From contig JAZNHR010000025.1 in NCBI GenBank assembly GCA_045577075.1, positions 1-63,135 on the forward strand: a stretch of DNA of 63,135 bases, read 5' to 3'. Shown in pieces: positions 17,437 through 26,649 of the stretch. The notes below the pieces were generated by a model that saw only the letters and a list, made by a program, of their open reading frames with translations, was not told the DNA's origin and searched no databases. Made by a program: the position numbers and the translations under genes. Source of the DNA: Clostridia bacterium (GTDB taxonomy: Bacteria; Bacillota; Clostridia; UMGS1883; UMGS1540). How positions within the stretch are numbered: the first letter of the stretch is position 1; each line of letters begins with the position of its first letter.

Positions 17437-18952
17437 CACGCATACCTCCTTCCGCACTTGCATCGGTCATCAGCAGTCCCAGTTCTTCTTTCGTCGTTTC
17501 ACGGGCGTTTACAATGCCCGTGACTTTGCCGTGGCAAAGCACCATAATTCTGTCGCAAAGCTCCAGCATGACGTCCAAATCCTCGCAGATAAAGAGCACG
17601 CCGGTGCCTTTTTGCTTTTGTTCGTTTAAGGCATCATATATGGCATAGGAAGTGTTAATATCAAGCCCACGAACGGGGTACGCCGTAATCAGGACCTGGG
17701 GATTCGATTCAATCTCGCGGCCTAAAAGTACCTTTTGCACATTACCGCCGGACATACGGCTGACAGGCGCGTCCAGACTTGCGGCGGAGATGGAAAGTTT
17801 GTCCCAAACCGTCTTCGCCATCGTGCGTGCCGGTTTTTTCTGTACAAACGGCCCCTTGGCATCCTGATACGTTTTCAAAAGCATATTATCCGTAATCCCC
17901 ATGGAGGCGGCAAGCCCCATGCCAAGACGGTCCTCGGGGATAAAGCTCATGGAAATACCGGCTTTAAAAATTTCACGAGGCGTCATATTTTCAATATTTT
18001 TATTTTTAAACAGGATGGCACCCTCGGAGATGGGCATAAGACCTGCAATCGTTTCGCAAAGCTCACGTTGCCCGCTGCCGGCAACACCGGCTACGCCTAA
18101 GATTTCGCCGCTTTCCAGCGTCATGGATACGTCACTGAGTGCTCGAATCCCGTCCTCCGTGTCCACGGAAAGATGGTGGGTTTCAAGCAGTGTGCCCGTG
18201 TGGGTTTTCTCCGGGCGGTCAATGGAAAGCTCGACGGGTCTACCGACCATAAGCTCTGTAAGAGAGCGAATGTTTGAGGACGCCGTTTCCACCGTGGCAA
18301 CGCTTTCGCCTTTGCGAAGGACAGTTACCCTGTCGCTGATTTCCATAACCTCCCCAAGCTTGTGGGTGATAATGATAATGGCACAGCCTTCCTCGCGCAT
18401 CCGGCGCAAAATATCAAACAGACGCCGGATTTCCTGTACCGTTAAAACGGCAGTCGGCTCGTCCAGAATTAAAATATTGGCACCTCGGTATAAAACCTTT
18501 AGAATTTCCACCGTTTGCTTTTCGCCTACAGACATATTGTATACTTTTTTCTTTGGGTCAATGGAAAGCCCAAAGCGGCGGCTGATTTCTTCCACCTTAT
18601 CAAAACGGGACTTTCTGAGAAATGCCCCGGGCTCGGAGCCGAGAATAATATTGTCGGCGGCGGTATAAATATCCACCAGCTTAAAATGCTGATGAATCAT
18701 GCCGATGCCGAGGCGGTTTGCGTCCTCCGGGGCATGAATGCTTACTTTTTCACCGCCGATAAAAATTTCGCCACCATCCGGCTGGTAAATACCGGCAAGA
18801 ATGTTCATAAGCGTCGTTTTACCGCTGCCGTTTTCGCCGAGAAGGGCAAGAATTTCACCATGGTTTACCGATAAATCAATATGGTTATTGGCGAGCACCG
18901 GACCAAAAGATTTTGTGATACCGCAAAGCTTTATGGCAGGCTGTTTGTTCAC
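17426..18952 (-). CDS. ABC transporter ATP-binding protein, duplicated ATPase (YufO/NupO-like)
   Basis: 508 aa. Walker A GENGSGKTT, signature SVGEKQ and SGGNVQK, Walker B ILILDEPT. GTG start. Confidence 0.9.
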   Translation of the reverse strand: MNKQPAIKLCGITKSFGPVLANNHIDLSVNHGEILALLGENGSGKTTLMNILAGIYQPDGGEIFIGGEKVSIHAPEDANRLGIGMIHQHFKLVDIYTAADNIILGSEPGAFLRKSRFDKVEEISRRFGLSIDPKKKVYNMSVGEKQTVEILKVLYRGANILILDEPTAVLTVQEIRRLFDILRRMREEGCAIIIITHKLGEVMEISDRVTVLRKGESVATVETASSNIRSLTELMVGRPVELSIDRPEKTHTGTLLETHHLSVDTEDGIRALSDVSMTLESGEILGVAGVAGSGQRELCETIAGLMPISEGAILFKNKNIENMTPREIFKAGISMSFIPEDRLGMGLAASMGITDNMLLKTYQDAKGPFVQKKPARTMAKTVWDKLSISAASLDAPVSRMSGGNVQKVLLGREIESNPQVLITAYPVRGLDINTSYAIYDALNEQKQKGTGVLFICEDLDVMLELCDRIMVLCHGKVTGIVNARETTKEELGLLMTDASAEGGMRDAE

Positions 18953-19080
18953 GGGATAACCATTCCTTTCTTTGGTGTAACTTTCTGTTCCTTATAAGAA
19001 GACAGCAAAAAGGGGTGCTGTCCTCTTATAAGGAGAGCGACCTTTTTTGGCCGCTCTCCGAAAGACTCACTTTGGGAGTC

Positions 19081-20232
19081 TTATTCTACAACGTTTGCAA
19101 AGTACCAGTTAATGCCGCCTGTGATGGTTGCATCATCGAGTACTGCGCCGCCGGCAGGAACGATCACGTTGCCCTTGTTGTCAACGAGTTCCTTTTCTAC
19201 GAGGGCGCCGTCCACGATTGCTTTGCCTTCGAACACCTTAAATTCGCCGGACAGAATCTTAGCCTGTGCAGCTTCAATGGCTTCCTTAGTGCCTTCTGCG
19301 CAGTTGTCGGACAGGGGAGAGAGGGCAATGAGGCCATCGCTCATGCTGCCGAAGTAATTTGCATTAGACCACTTGCCTTCCATGGCTTCTTTTGCAGCCT
19401 TGGTGTAGTATACGCCCCAGTTCCAAACGGGAGCAACTAGGTGTGCACCGGGTGCATCCTTGGTCATGTCAGAGTTGTAGCCACAGCCCCAAACGCCGCG
19501 TTCTTCTGCCGCAACCTGGGGAGCTGTTGTGTCACAGTGCTGGCCGAGAACGTCACAGCCCATGTCGAGAAGGGCTTCTGCCGCTTTCTTTTCAAGGTCA
19601 GGGCTAAACCAGCTGTTGGTAACGCGAACGTAAATCTTTGCATCGGGATTTACAGAAGCAACACCCATTGCAAAGGCGTTGATACCGCCGGTAACTTCTG
19701 CGTTTTCTTTGCCCATAGCGGCAACGTAGCCGATTTTGTTGGACTTGGTCTTAAGACCTGCGGCGATACCGGTGAGGTATCTGGCTTCGTAAATACGGCC
19801 GAAGTAGTTATTCATGTTGGTGTCGTTCGACTTGTAGCCTGTGCCGTGGGAGAAAATGATGTCCGGATATTCCTTTGCCATTTCTTCCATGGTGTTCATG
19901 TAGTTAAAGCTTGTACCAAAGATAATGGAGCAGCCTTCGTCGATACATTCTTCAATGGCAATCTTGGTTGCCTGCACGTCTGTGTCATCAATATTGACCT
20001 TGCGGATAATCTGGTCATCGGAAAGACCGAGATTGTCGCGCATGGCAATGATGCCCTGTTCGTGTGCATAGGTGTAACCTGCGCCTTCAGCCGGGTCGCT
20101 GATGTGGATAACGCCGATTTTGAAGTCAGCGTTTGCGGCGCCACCCTGGGGTGCGGGGGTCTTGGTGCACGCTGTGAAGGTAAACACGAGCGCCAGTGCC
20201 AAAAGGATTGCCAAAAGTTTTGCGTGTTTCAT
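19081..20232 (-). CDS. BMP family ABC transporter substrate-binding lipoprotein (nucleoside-binding type)
   Basis: True start MKHAKLLAILLALALVFTFTAC (lipobox) at 20232 after AAGGAGGAAAACAAA. The upstream part of the track ORF runs into xpt. Confidence 0.85.
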   Translation of the reverse strand: MKHAKLLAILLALALVFTFTACTKTPAPQGGAANADFKIGVIHISDPAEGAGYTYAHEQGIIAMRDNLGLSDDQIIRKVNIDDTDVQATKIAIEECIDEGCSIIFGTSFNYMNTMEEMAKEYPDIIFSHGTGYKSNDTNMNNYFGRIYEARYLTGIAAGLKTKSNKIGYVAAMGKENAEVTGGINAFAMGVASVNPDAKIYVRVTNSWFSPDLEKKAAEALLDMGCDVLGQHCDTTAPQVAAEERGVWGCGYNSDMTKDAPGAHLVAPVWNWGVYYTKAAKEAMEGKWSNANYFGSMSDGLIALSPLSDNCAEGTKEAIEAAQAKILSGEFKVFEGKAIVDGALVEKELVDNKGNVIVPAGGAVLDDATITGGINWYFANVVE

Positions 20233-20299
20233 TTTGTTTTCCTCCTTAATTTTACGCTTTTGCGTTTTATAAACACGGCTAGAAAACCGTATTTTACAC

Positions 20300-20872
20300 T
20301 TAGGCAAAGGATATGCTGCCGTCATCGCCCATAGAAGAAACAATGGCAAGAGATTCTACGCGAAGCCCCGTATCACGGACGATTTTGCCGCCGGACTGAA
20401 AGCCCTTTTCCACCGCAATGCCGGCACCGACGAGGGTAGCCCCTGCATCCCGTACAAGGGAAGCAAGCCCTAAAAGCGCGCTGCCGTTTGCCAGGAAATC
20501 GTCAATCAAAAGGACGCGGTCTTCCTTATGTAAAAACTCCTTGGAAACAATAATATCGTAAACGCGGCCGTGGGTAAAGGATTCCACGCGGCTTGTATAT
20601 ACGTCCCCTGCAATGTTTTTGGTTTGCGTTTTTTTGGCAAACACCACCGGCACGTTAAAATACATGGCCGCAAGGCACGCAATGCCGATGCCGGAGGCTT
20701 CAATAGTCAGGATTTTTGTAACGTTTGCCCCCTCGAAACGGCGGCGAAACTCCTTGCCCATTTCACAAAACAGGTTTACATCCATCTGGTGATTTAAAAA
20801 GCTGTCAACCTTCAAGACGTTGCCCGGAAACACCTTGCCGTCCTTTATAATTCTGTCTTTCAGTAATTGCAT
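20300..20872 (-). CDS. xpt: xanthine phosphoribosyltransferase
   Basis: [31 protein letters not shown] aligns with the B. subtilis Xpt N-terminus. PRPP motif [11 protein letters not shown]. Confidence 0.9.
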   Translation of the reverse strand: MQLLKDRIIKDGKVFPGNVLKVDSFLNHQMDVNLFCEMGKEFRRRFEGANVTKILTIEASGIGIACLAAMYFNVPVVFAKKTQTKNIAGDVYTSRVESFTHGRVYDIIVSKEFLHKEDRVLLIDDFLANGSALLGLASLVRDAGATLVGAGIAVEKGFQSGGKIVRDTGLRVESLAIVSSMGDDGSISFA

Positions 20873-20968
20873 AAAAACCAAGGCCTCCAATTTAGCAGGA
20901 AAAGTATAGTCATATTTTACATGAAATCGACAAAAAAAGCAAGTTTTTTACAAATTTTATTCATATTT

Positions 20969-22345
20969 TTACCGGTTGACCCAGTTTAAAATTAAGTCTT
21001 TCGCTAAGGGTGCACAGGCAGAGCCCGTAGTCCCGGCGTTTTCGAGCACGATGGCAAGGGCAATTTGCGGATTTTCTGCCGGGGCGTAGGCAACAAACCA
21101 GGCGTGGTCCTTTTGCCCTTCGATTTCTGCAGTACCCGTTTTTGCGGCAACGGACATGCCGCTAATGCGCACGCCTTGCCCCGTGCCTTCCTCCACGCAA
21201 GCCTCCATCATTGCACCTACTTTTTGCGCCGCGGTCGAAGAGATGGCGCGTTGCCAAATGCGGGCGTCTTTTTGATAAACCGTTTCCCCGTCCTTTTCGG
21301 CATACTTTACAACATATGGCTCCATCATCACGCCGTCATTTGCGATGGCGGCGGCAATCATTGCCATATGGAGAGGTGACGTGGTGGTTTGCCCCTGTCC
21401 GTACCCCACGGCTGCGACCTCTGTTCTTTCCGGCGAGCCGAGGAGGGTCGTACTTTCCCGAACAGGAATATCAAAGGGAATCTCCCCGTTAAAGCCAAAG
21501 TTTTCGGCGGTCTCTCTAAGCTTTTGGGCGCCCAGCATATCCGCGATGTGGGCAAAATACGTATTGGAGGATTTGGCAAACGCCGTTTCCATATCCAGTT
21601 CGCCGTAAGTTTTTTTATTATAGTTATAAATGGGCTGCCCGTCAATATAAAGGGGCTTAGTATCGTCGTATTCCGTGCCCTCGAGGCCGTTTTCCACTGC
21701 CGCCGCGGCAGTAATGATTTTAAACACCGAGCCGGGCACATAGTTCCACTGGGTGGCACGGGGGTAAAAGAGACCCGAAATTTCAGAAAGCTTTTCATAA
21801 TCCTCGGAAAGGGTGTTGGGGTTAAACGAGGGGTTTGACACCATGCAGAGGACTTCTCCCGTCACAGGGTCAAGGGCTACCACGGACCCCTTCCTGCCGC
21901 CGAGCTTTTCTGCCGCTAGCTTTTGCAGTTCGTGGTCAATGGTTAAATGCAAATCCGAGCCTTCCGTATCCTCCGCGCCTAAAAGCGTCTGTACAAAGTC
22001 CGCCTGCCCACCGCCGAGGATATACTCGTTAAAGCTTGCCTCCAGAAGGGAACGCTGATACTGTGGATGGCTGTAGCCGATAAGCTGTGCATACAGACTG
22101 TCATAGTGATGGATACGGGTTTGTCCACCTGCATGCATTTCACTTTCCACAAGGCAGGTACCCGTGCGGTCATAAATACTGCCGCGTTTTACGGTTTGTT
22201 CCCGTGCATAGGTACGGGGATTACCGCTTGCATTGGCAAGGTCATGACTCTTGAAAATCTGAAAATATGTAAAGTAGAGCACAACGCCGGAAAATAAAAT
22301 CAGCATTGCCATTAAAACATACACGGCTTTTTTATTAAATGTCAT
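20969..22345 (-). CDS. penicillin-binding protein 2 (class B transpeptidase, PbpA/SpoVD-like)
   Basis: Start at MTFNKKAVYVLMAMLILF (22345), overlapping the ftsW/rodA stop. Motifs PGSVFK, SSN, KTGT. Confidence 0.9.
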   Translation of the reverse strand: MTFNKKAVYVLMAMLILFSGVVLYFTYFQIFKSHDLANASGNPRTYAREQTVKRGSIYDRTGTCLVESEMHAGGQTRIHHYDSLYAQLIGYSHPQYQRSLLEASFNEYILGGGQADFVQTLLGAEDTEGSDLHLTIDHELQKLAAEKLGGRKGSVVALDPVTGEVLCMVSNPSFNPNTLSEDYEKLSEISGLFYPRATQWNYVPGSVFKIITAAAAVENGLEGTEYDDTKPLYIDGQPIYNYNKKTYGELDMETAFAKSSNTYFAHIADMLGAQKLRETAENFGFNGEIPFDIPVRESTTLLGSPERTEVAAVGYGQGQTTTSPLHMAMIAAAIANDGVMMEPYVVKYAEKDGETVYQKDARIWQRAISSTAAQKVGAMMEACVEEGTGQGVRISGMSVAAKTGTAEIEGQKDHAWFVAYAPAENPQIALAIVLENAGTTGSACAPLAKDLILNWVNR

Positions 22346-23642
22346 CGGAAATATCCTCCGTTCTTGCGGAAATTGCCTGCAAAATTGCAAGGGAAGCAAA
22401 GGAGGTGGCAAGAGAGCTGCCGCCGGCACTCATAAAGGGCAGGGTGATACCGGTTAGAGGAATCAGCTTCGTTACGCCGCCGATAATAATGAGCGCCTGA
22501 AAACCGAACATTACGCTTATCCCGAGGGCCACGGCTTTATAAAACGGCGTTTTTACCATGAGGGAAATTTTAATGCCGCGGTAAACGAGCATAAAGAAAA
22601 GGAACACCACCGCCGCACCGCCCAGCATACCGAGCTCCTCGTAGATGGCGGAGAAAATAAAGTCACTTTTTACTACCGGAACGCGCCAGGGCTGTCCCTG
22701 CCCAATGCCGGTGCCGGAAAAGCCGCCTGCACTCATGGCGTAAAGGGACTGGGCAATTTGATACCCCAGGTCATTTGTGCCCGTAAAAGGGTCACGCCAG
22801 ATGGCAACGCGCTCCTGTATATGGGACATAAACTTATACCCCAAAAGGCCGCCGCCGCACGCCAAAACGGCGTTGATAAGCAAAAAGTAATATTTTGAGT
22901 CCATGACAAACTGCAAAACGAAATAAATCAGGAAATACAAAACGGCAGAGCCCCATTCGCGCTGGAGCACCAAAAAACCGAGATGCATGTAAGCATACGC
23001 CATAATGAGAATTTGGCGGCCGGTATGGGAATTATATAGGCGCATGACAAACTGCGCCGGACGCAGAAGAAACGGCACCCGTTTTCTCAAAAAGGCAAAA
23101 AGGGCGTCATGGGGGCGGTCGTAAGGTGCAGTAAAGAGCGCCGCAAGCCCCAAAATAAACAAAATTTTGATCGGCTCTGAGGGTTGTATACTAATGGGAC
23201 CGAGGCTCAGCCAGTTTTTTGCGCCATTTACACGGCTCCCAAGGAGTAATGTGGCCATAAATAGGAAAAAAGCAAGCAGTGCATAGGCGGGAAAAAACTT
23301 TGGCCATGCCTTTATGCGCCGAAATAGGAGATAGATGATATAAAAGCCTGTCATACCCACATAAAACCAGGTAATTTGTGTGATTGCCTGGGAAGGGTCA
23401 AGACGGAACAGCATGACGATACCCACCGTCAAAAGGGCGGAGACAATTAAAAACAGATACTGGTCGCCCATGGAAAAAAAGACAATAAGCAAATAGGACA
23501 CAAGCACAATCGCCAAAAGGGCAAGGGAATAGTAAAGTCCCGTCACATCCACGGCATTGCCGGTGAAAAAGAGAATGCCAAACCCTAAAAGGTTTATAAG
23601 AATAACCAGAAAAAGAGGGGTAAGCTTTCGGAAATTACGCAT
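22335..23642 (-). CDS. FtsW/RodA/SpoVE family peptidoglycan glycosyltransferase
   Basis: 435 aa, about 10 TM. Motifs SLGPISIQPSEPIKI and SDFIFSAIYEELG. Confidence 0.9.
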   Translation of the reverse strand: MRNFRKLTPLFLVILINLLGFGILFFTGNAVDVTGLYYSLALLAIVLVSYLLIVFFSMGDQYLFLIVSALLTVGIVMLFRLDPSQAITQITWFYVGMTGFYIIYLLFRRIKAWPKFFPAYALLAFFLFMATLLLGSRVNGAKNWLSLGPISIQPSEPIKILFILGLAALFTAPYDRPHDALFAFLRKRVPFLLRPAQFVMRLYNSHTGRQILIMAYAYMHLGFLVLQREWGSAVLYFLIYFVLQFVMDSKYYFLLINAVLACGGGLLGYKFMSHIQERVAIWRDPFTGTNDLGYQIAQSLYAMSAGGFSGTGIGQGQPWRVPVVKSDFIFSAIYEELGMLGGAAVVFLFFMLVYRGIKISLMVKTPFYKAVALGISVMFGFQALIIIGGVTKLIPLTGITLPFMSAGGSSLATSFASLAILQAISARTEDISDDI

Positions 23643-24093
23643 CGCCCATGTCCTCCGTTACAAAAATAAAAGAAAGCTGCCCAAGGTCAATTTTGTCACC
23701 ACTGAGAAGCTCAATAGGGTCGCCCTGGGCACGCTTGCCGTTTAAAAACGTACCGTTTGTACTGCCCAGGTCCTGCAGATAGCAAGCCCCTTCACGCCAG
23801 ATAAAGGCGGCATGCCGCTGGGATAAAAACGGGTCATCAATGGGAATTTCGCATCTTGTACCGCGTCCCAAAACGGAGTCTTTTAAAACCGGATAGTTTT
23901 CCTCTACGGGAAAGTCCAGTGTGTGGCGCAGATTTAAAAGCTTTATGTATGTGTGGGCGGCAATGTCGCTGTTTTTTCGGCGGCGCATTACCTCAATATC
24001 CCGGGAGACCATTTGTATAATTTTAATCATGAATAAATAAACTGCCAGCACAAAAACGTAAGAAAGCAGTTTTGCAATCAGTGAAAAAGGCAT
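23635..24093 (-). CDS. FHA domain-containing membrane-anchored protein (FhaB-like)
   Basis: N-terminal TM. FHA core GRGTRCEIPIDDPFLSQRHAAF...GSTNGTFLNG. Confidence 0.85.
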   Translation of the reverse strand: MPFSLIAKLLSYVFVLAVYLFMIKIIQMVSRDIEVMRRRKNSDIAAHTYIKLLNLRHTLDFPVEENYPVLKDSVLGRGTRCEIPIDDPFLSQRHAAFIWREGACYLQDLGSTNGTFLNGKRAQGDPIELLSGDKIDLGQLSFIFVTEDMGDA

Positions 24094-24189
24094 CGTGTTC
24101 TCCTTTCCTTTTTAATATCCATATTGTACCATACGAGAGGAGAAAATGCAACTTTTTTTCCGTTCGCCGCAGTTTATGGAAAAATCATC

Positions 24190-24218
24190 TTGACAAGGCG
24201 AAAAAATTTGCGTACAAT
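24190..24218 (+). promoter_or_regulatory. sigma-A promoter of the DUF4432/lrp pair
   Basis: TTGACA (24190-24195), 17-nt spacer, TACAAT (24213-24218). Confidence 0.65.
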
Positions 24219-24258
24219 AAAGGAGGCTAAAGAAAAAATACGGAAAAGGAGAGAAAGT

Positions 24259-25350
24259 ATGGCAACATTTTATTTAGACAAAGCAAATTTTACAGATGCG
24301 GAAAAGCAGATTATTTCCCATGGAGACATTCGCGTCAGCACGTTTCGGTATTCTACCGGCACCGCAGCGCTCAAAGTAGAAAATAAGCGTGGTTATTTTA
24401 CCGTTTTGCCGTTTTGGGGGCATCAAATTTGGCGTGCAAACTTTGACGGCATTGATTTGCATATGGATACAGGCCTTGCGGAGCCTACGGAAGTGGAGCA
24501 GTTCCTCGAGTCCTATGGTTGCTTCGTGATGCATTCGGGCCTTTCGGGCGTAGGCGCACCGGGGCCGGAGGATAGTCACAAGCCCCACGGCGACCTGCCT
24601 GTTGCAGCCTTCAAAGAGCCGAGAGTAGAATGCGGAGAGGATGAAGGCGGCCGCTATGTAAAGGTTCTTGCTACTTTCCATAAATATAAAACATATTCCG
24701 ATAACTATAAATTTACTTCCGGCTATAAGCTGTACGAAAATGGTGCTGTGATTGCGTCTTCCGTAAAAATCGAAAACCTTCGCAAGAGACCTATGGAATA
24801 CGCCTATCTTTGCCATATAAACTTCATGCCCTTTGACGGGGCAAAGCTTTATTGCACCGCCCCTTGCGATAAGGACCATCTGGAGGTCTTTAAAGCAATT
24901 CCGGCGTCCATGCCCGAAAAGGATGCCAGGGCACTTTCCGATTATATGGATAAAATGCAAAACACCCCCGAGGTGCATTACACCGTGGACTCCAAAACCC
25001 AGATGTATGACCCGGAAATTGTTGCCAGAATTGATTATCTGGCAGATGAAGAAGGCTATGCCCACACCATGCAAAAACGCACGGACGGCTATGCCTGCTA
25101 TGTTAAGCACCCTGTAGAGCCATTAAATAACAGCCTGCGCTGGATTTCCCGTACCCAGGATGAAGAGGCCATGGGTATGGTACTGCCTGCAACCGCTGAC
25201 AATAAGGGGTATACCTACGCGAAAAAAGCAGGAAAAATCCGCACCATCGAAGGCGAGGGCACGCTGGAATTTACGATTTCCTTTGGTCTTTTAGTGCCTG
25301 GGGAAGCAGATGCAATGCAAAAGAAAATTGAGAAGGTGCTTACAAAATGA
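24259..25350 (+). CDS. aldose-1-epimerase-like protein (DUF4432 family)
   Basis: Start at MATFYLDK (24259) after AAAAGGAGAGAAAGT. 363 aa, beta-rich mutarotase-like sequence. Family call made from memory of DUF4432 proteins. Confidence 0.5.
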   Translation: MATFYLDKANFTDAEKQIISHGDIRVSTFRYSTGTAALKVENKRGYFTVLPFWGHQIWRANFDGIDLHMDTGLAEPTEVEQFLESYGCFVMHSGLSGVGAPGPEDSHKPHGDLPVAAFKEPRVECGEDEGGRYVKVLATFHKYKTYSDNYKFTSGYKLYENGAVIASSVKIENLRKRPMEYAYLCHINFMPFDGAKLYCTAPCDKDHLEVFKAIPASMPEKDARALSDYMDKMQNTPEVHYTVDSKTQMYDPEIVARIDYLADEEGYAHTMQKRTDGYACYVKHPVEPLNNSLRWISRTQDEEAMGMVLPATADNKGYTYAKKAGKIRTIEGEGTLEFTISFGLLVPGEADAMQKKIEKVLTK

Positions 25351-25796
25351 TAGACGCCATTGACTATAAAATTTTGCATTGTTTAAAGAAAAATGCAAGA
25401 CAGAAAGCGTCGGTAATCAGTAATGAAATTAACCTTTCCGTCTCAGCCGTTTTAGAGCGCATCCGCAAGATGGAGAAAAGTGGTATTATCGAAGGATATA
25501 CCGTGACGCTGGACCAAAAAAAGCTTGGGAATGATATGACGGCGCTTATGGAGGTAAGTCTTGAACACCCACGGCACTATGACTCGTTTACGTCCATGAT
25601 TCGGGCACATGAAAACATTATTTCCTGTGACTATTTAACCGGGGACTTTGATTTTATGCTGAAAATTTTGACGGATAGCTCCGAAAGTCTGGAGGCCATC
25701 CACCGCCAGGTCAAAAGCCTGGCAGGCGTTTCCGCCACCCGAACGCATTTTGTTTTGAAAAACGTAAAAAATGAGCAGACTGTTATTCCAAAGTAA
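25347..25796 (+). CDS. Lrp/AsnC family transcriptional regulator
   Basis: MIDAIDYKILHCLKKNARQKASVISNEINLSVSAVLERIRKMEKSGII HTH, plus a RAM domain. 4-nt overlap with the upstream gene. Confidence 0.9.
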   Translation: MIDAIDYKILHCLKKNARQKASVISNEINLSVSAVLERIRKMEKSGIIEGYTVTLDQKKLGNDMTALMEVSLEHPRHYDSFTSMIRAHENIISCDYLTGDFDFMLKILTDSSESLEAIHRQVKSLAGVSATRTHFVLKNVKNEQTVIPK

Positions 25797-25806
25797 ATAG
25801 AACATG

Positions 25807-25845
25807 AAAACGGAGTCGTGCAATGCACGGCTCCGTTTTTGTTTT
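25807..25845. terminator. bidirectional terminator between lrp and tlyA
   Basis: AAAACGGAGTCGTGC-AAT-GCACGGCTCCGTTTT with A and T flanks. Confidence 0.75.
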
Positions 25846-25854
25846 TATATTCGT

Positions 25855-26649
25855 TTATTGCGCCTCTTCATGCGCTTTGTCCACCGTTTCCCATATAGGT
25901 GCTTCAATGCTTTCGGCGTCGGATTTTGCAAGGTGGAGAAGGTACTCTATATTTCCCTTCGGGCCTTTTACGGGCGAAAAGTCAAGACCCAACACGGAAA
26001 AGCCCGTTTCCTTCGCAAAAGCAATCACGTTTCCAATAACTTCCCGATGGGTTTCCTTATCCCGTACAACGCCCCCTTTGCCGACCTTTTCTTTCCCGGC
26101 TTCAAACTGGGGCTTTATAAGGCAAACCACCTCGCCGCCTTCGCGAAGAAGCGTATGGGCGACGGGAAGGACAAGGCGAAGGGAGATAAACGAAACGTCA
26201 ATGCTGGCAAAGTCAGGATTTTCCGGCACTTCCTTTTCCGTAACATACCGAATATTGGTGCGCTCAAGATTGACAACGCGCTCGTCGGTACGCAGGCTCC
26301 AGGCAAGCTGGCCGTACCCGACGTCAATGGCATATACTTTTTTCGCGCCGTTTTGGAGCATACAGTCCGTAAAGCCGCCGGTGGAAGCACCGATATCCAT
26401 ACAAACAGCGTTTTCCAGAGAAATGGGGAAGGACACCATGGCTTTTTCAAGCTTTAACCCGCCGCGGCTGACATAGCGGAGCGTATCCGTCCGCACCTCG
26501 ACTTTGTCGCTGTCCGCAACAGGCTGGCCCGCCTTGTCTGCTTTCTGCTCATTGATATAAACGTCCCCGGCCATAATGACGGCTTTCGCCTTCTCACGGG
26601 TCGGCACAAATCCGTTTTCCGTTAAATATACGTCCAGCCTTTGTTTCAT
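25855..26649 (-). CDS. tlyA: TlyA family rRNA 2'-O-methyltransferase
   Basis: S4 domain MKQRLDVYLTENGF. SAM motif CMDIGASTGGFTDC. Confidence 0.9.
   Translation of the reverse strand: MKQRLDVYLTENGFVPTREKAKAVIMAGDVYINEQKADKAGQPVADSDKVEVRTDTLRYVSRGGLKLEKAMVSFPISLENAVCMDIGASTGGFTDCMLQNGAKKVYAIDVGYGQLAWSLRTDERVVNLERTNIRYVTEKEVPENPDFASIDVSFISLRLVLPVAHTLLREGGEVVCLIKPQFEAGKEKVGKGGVVRDKETHREVIGNVIAFAKETGFSVLGLDFSPVKGPKGNIEYLLHLAKSDAESIEAPIWETVDKAHEEAQ

Noticed and set aside
24274-25110. 278-aa minus-strand ORF
   Set aside because: Antisense to the DUF4432-like gene, which has a proper promoter and RBS.
25804-26476. Two overlapping 217-aa plus-strand ORFs
   Set aside because: Antisense to tlyA, whose motifs are unambiguous.
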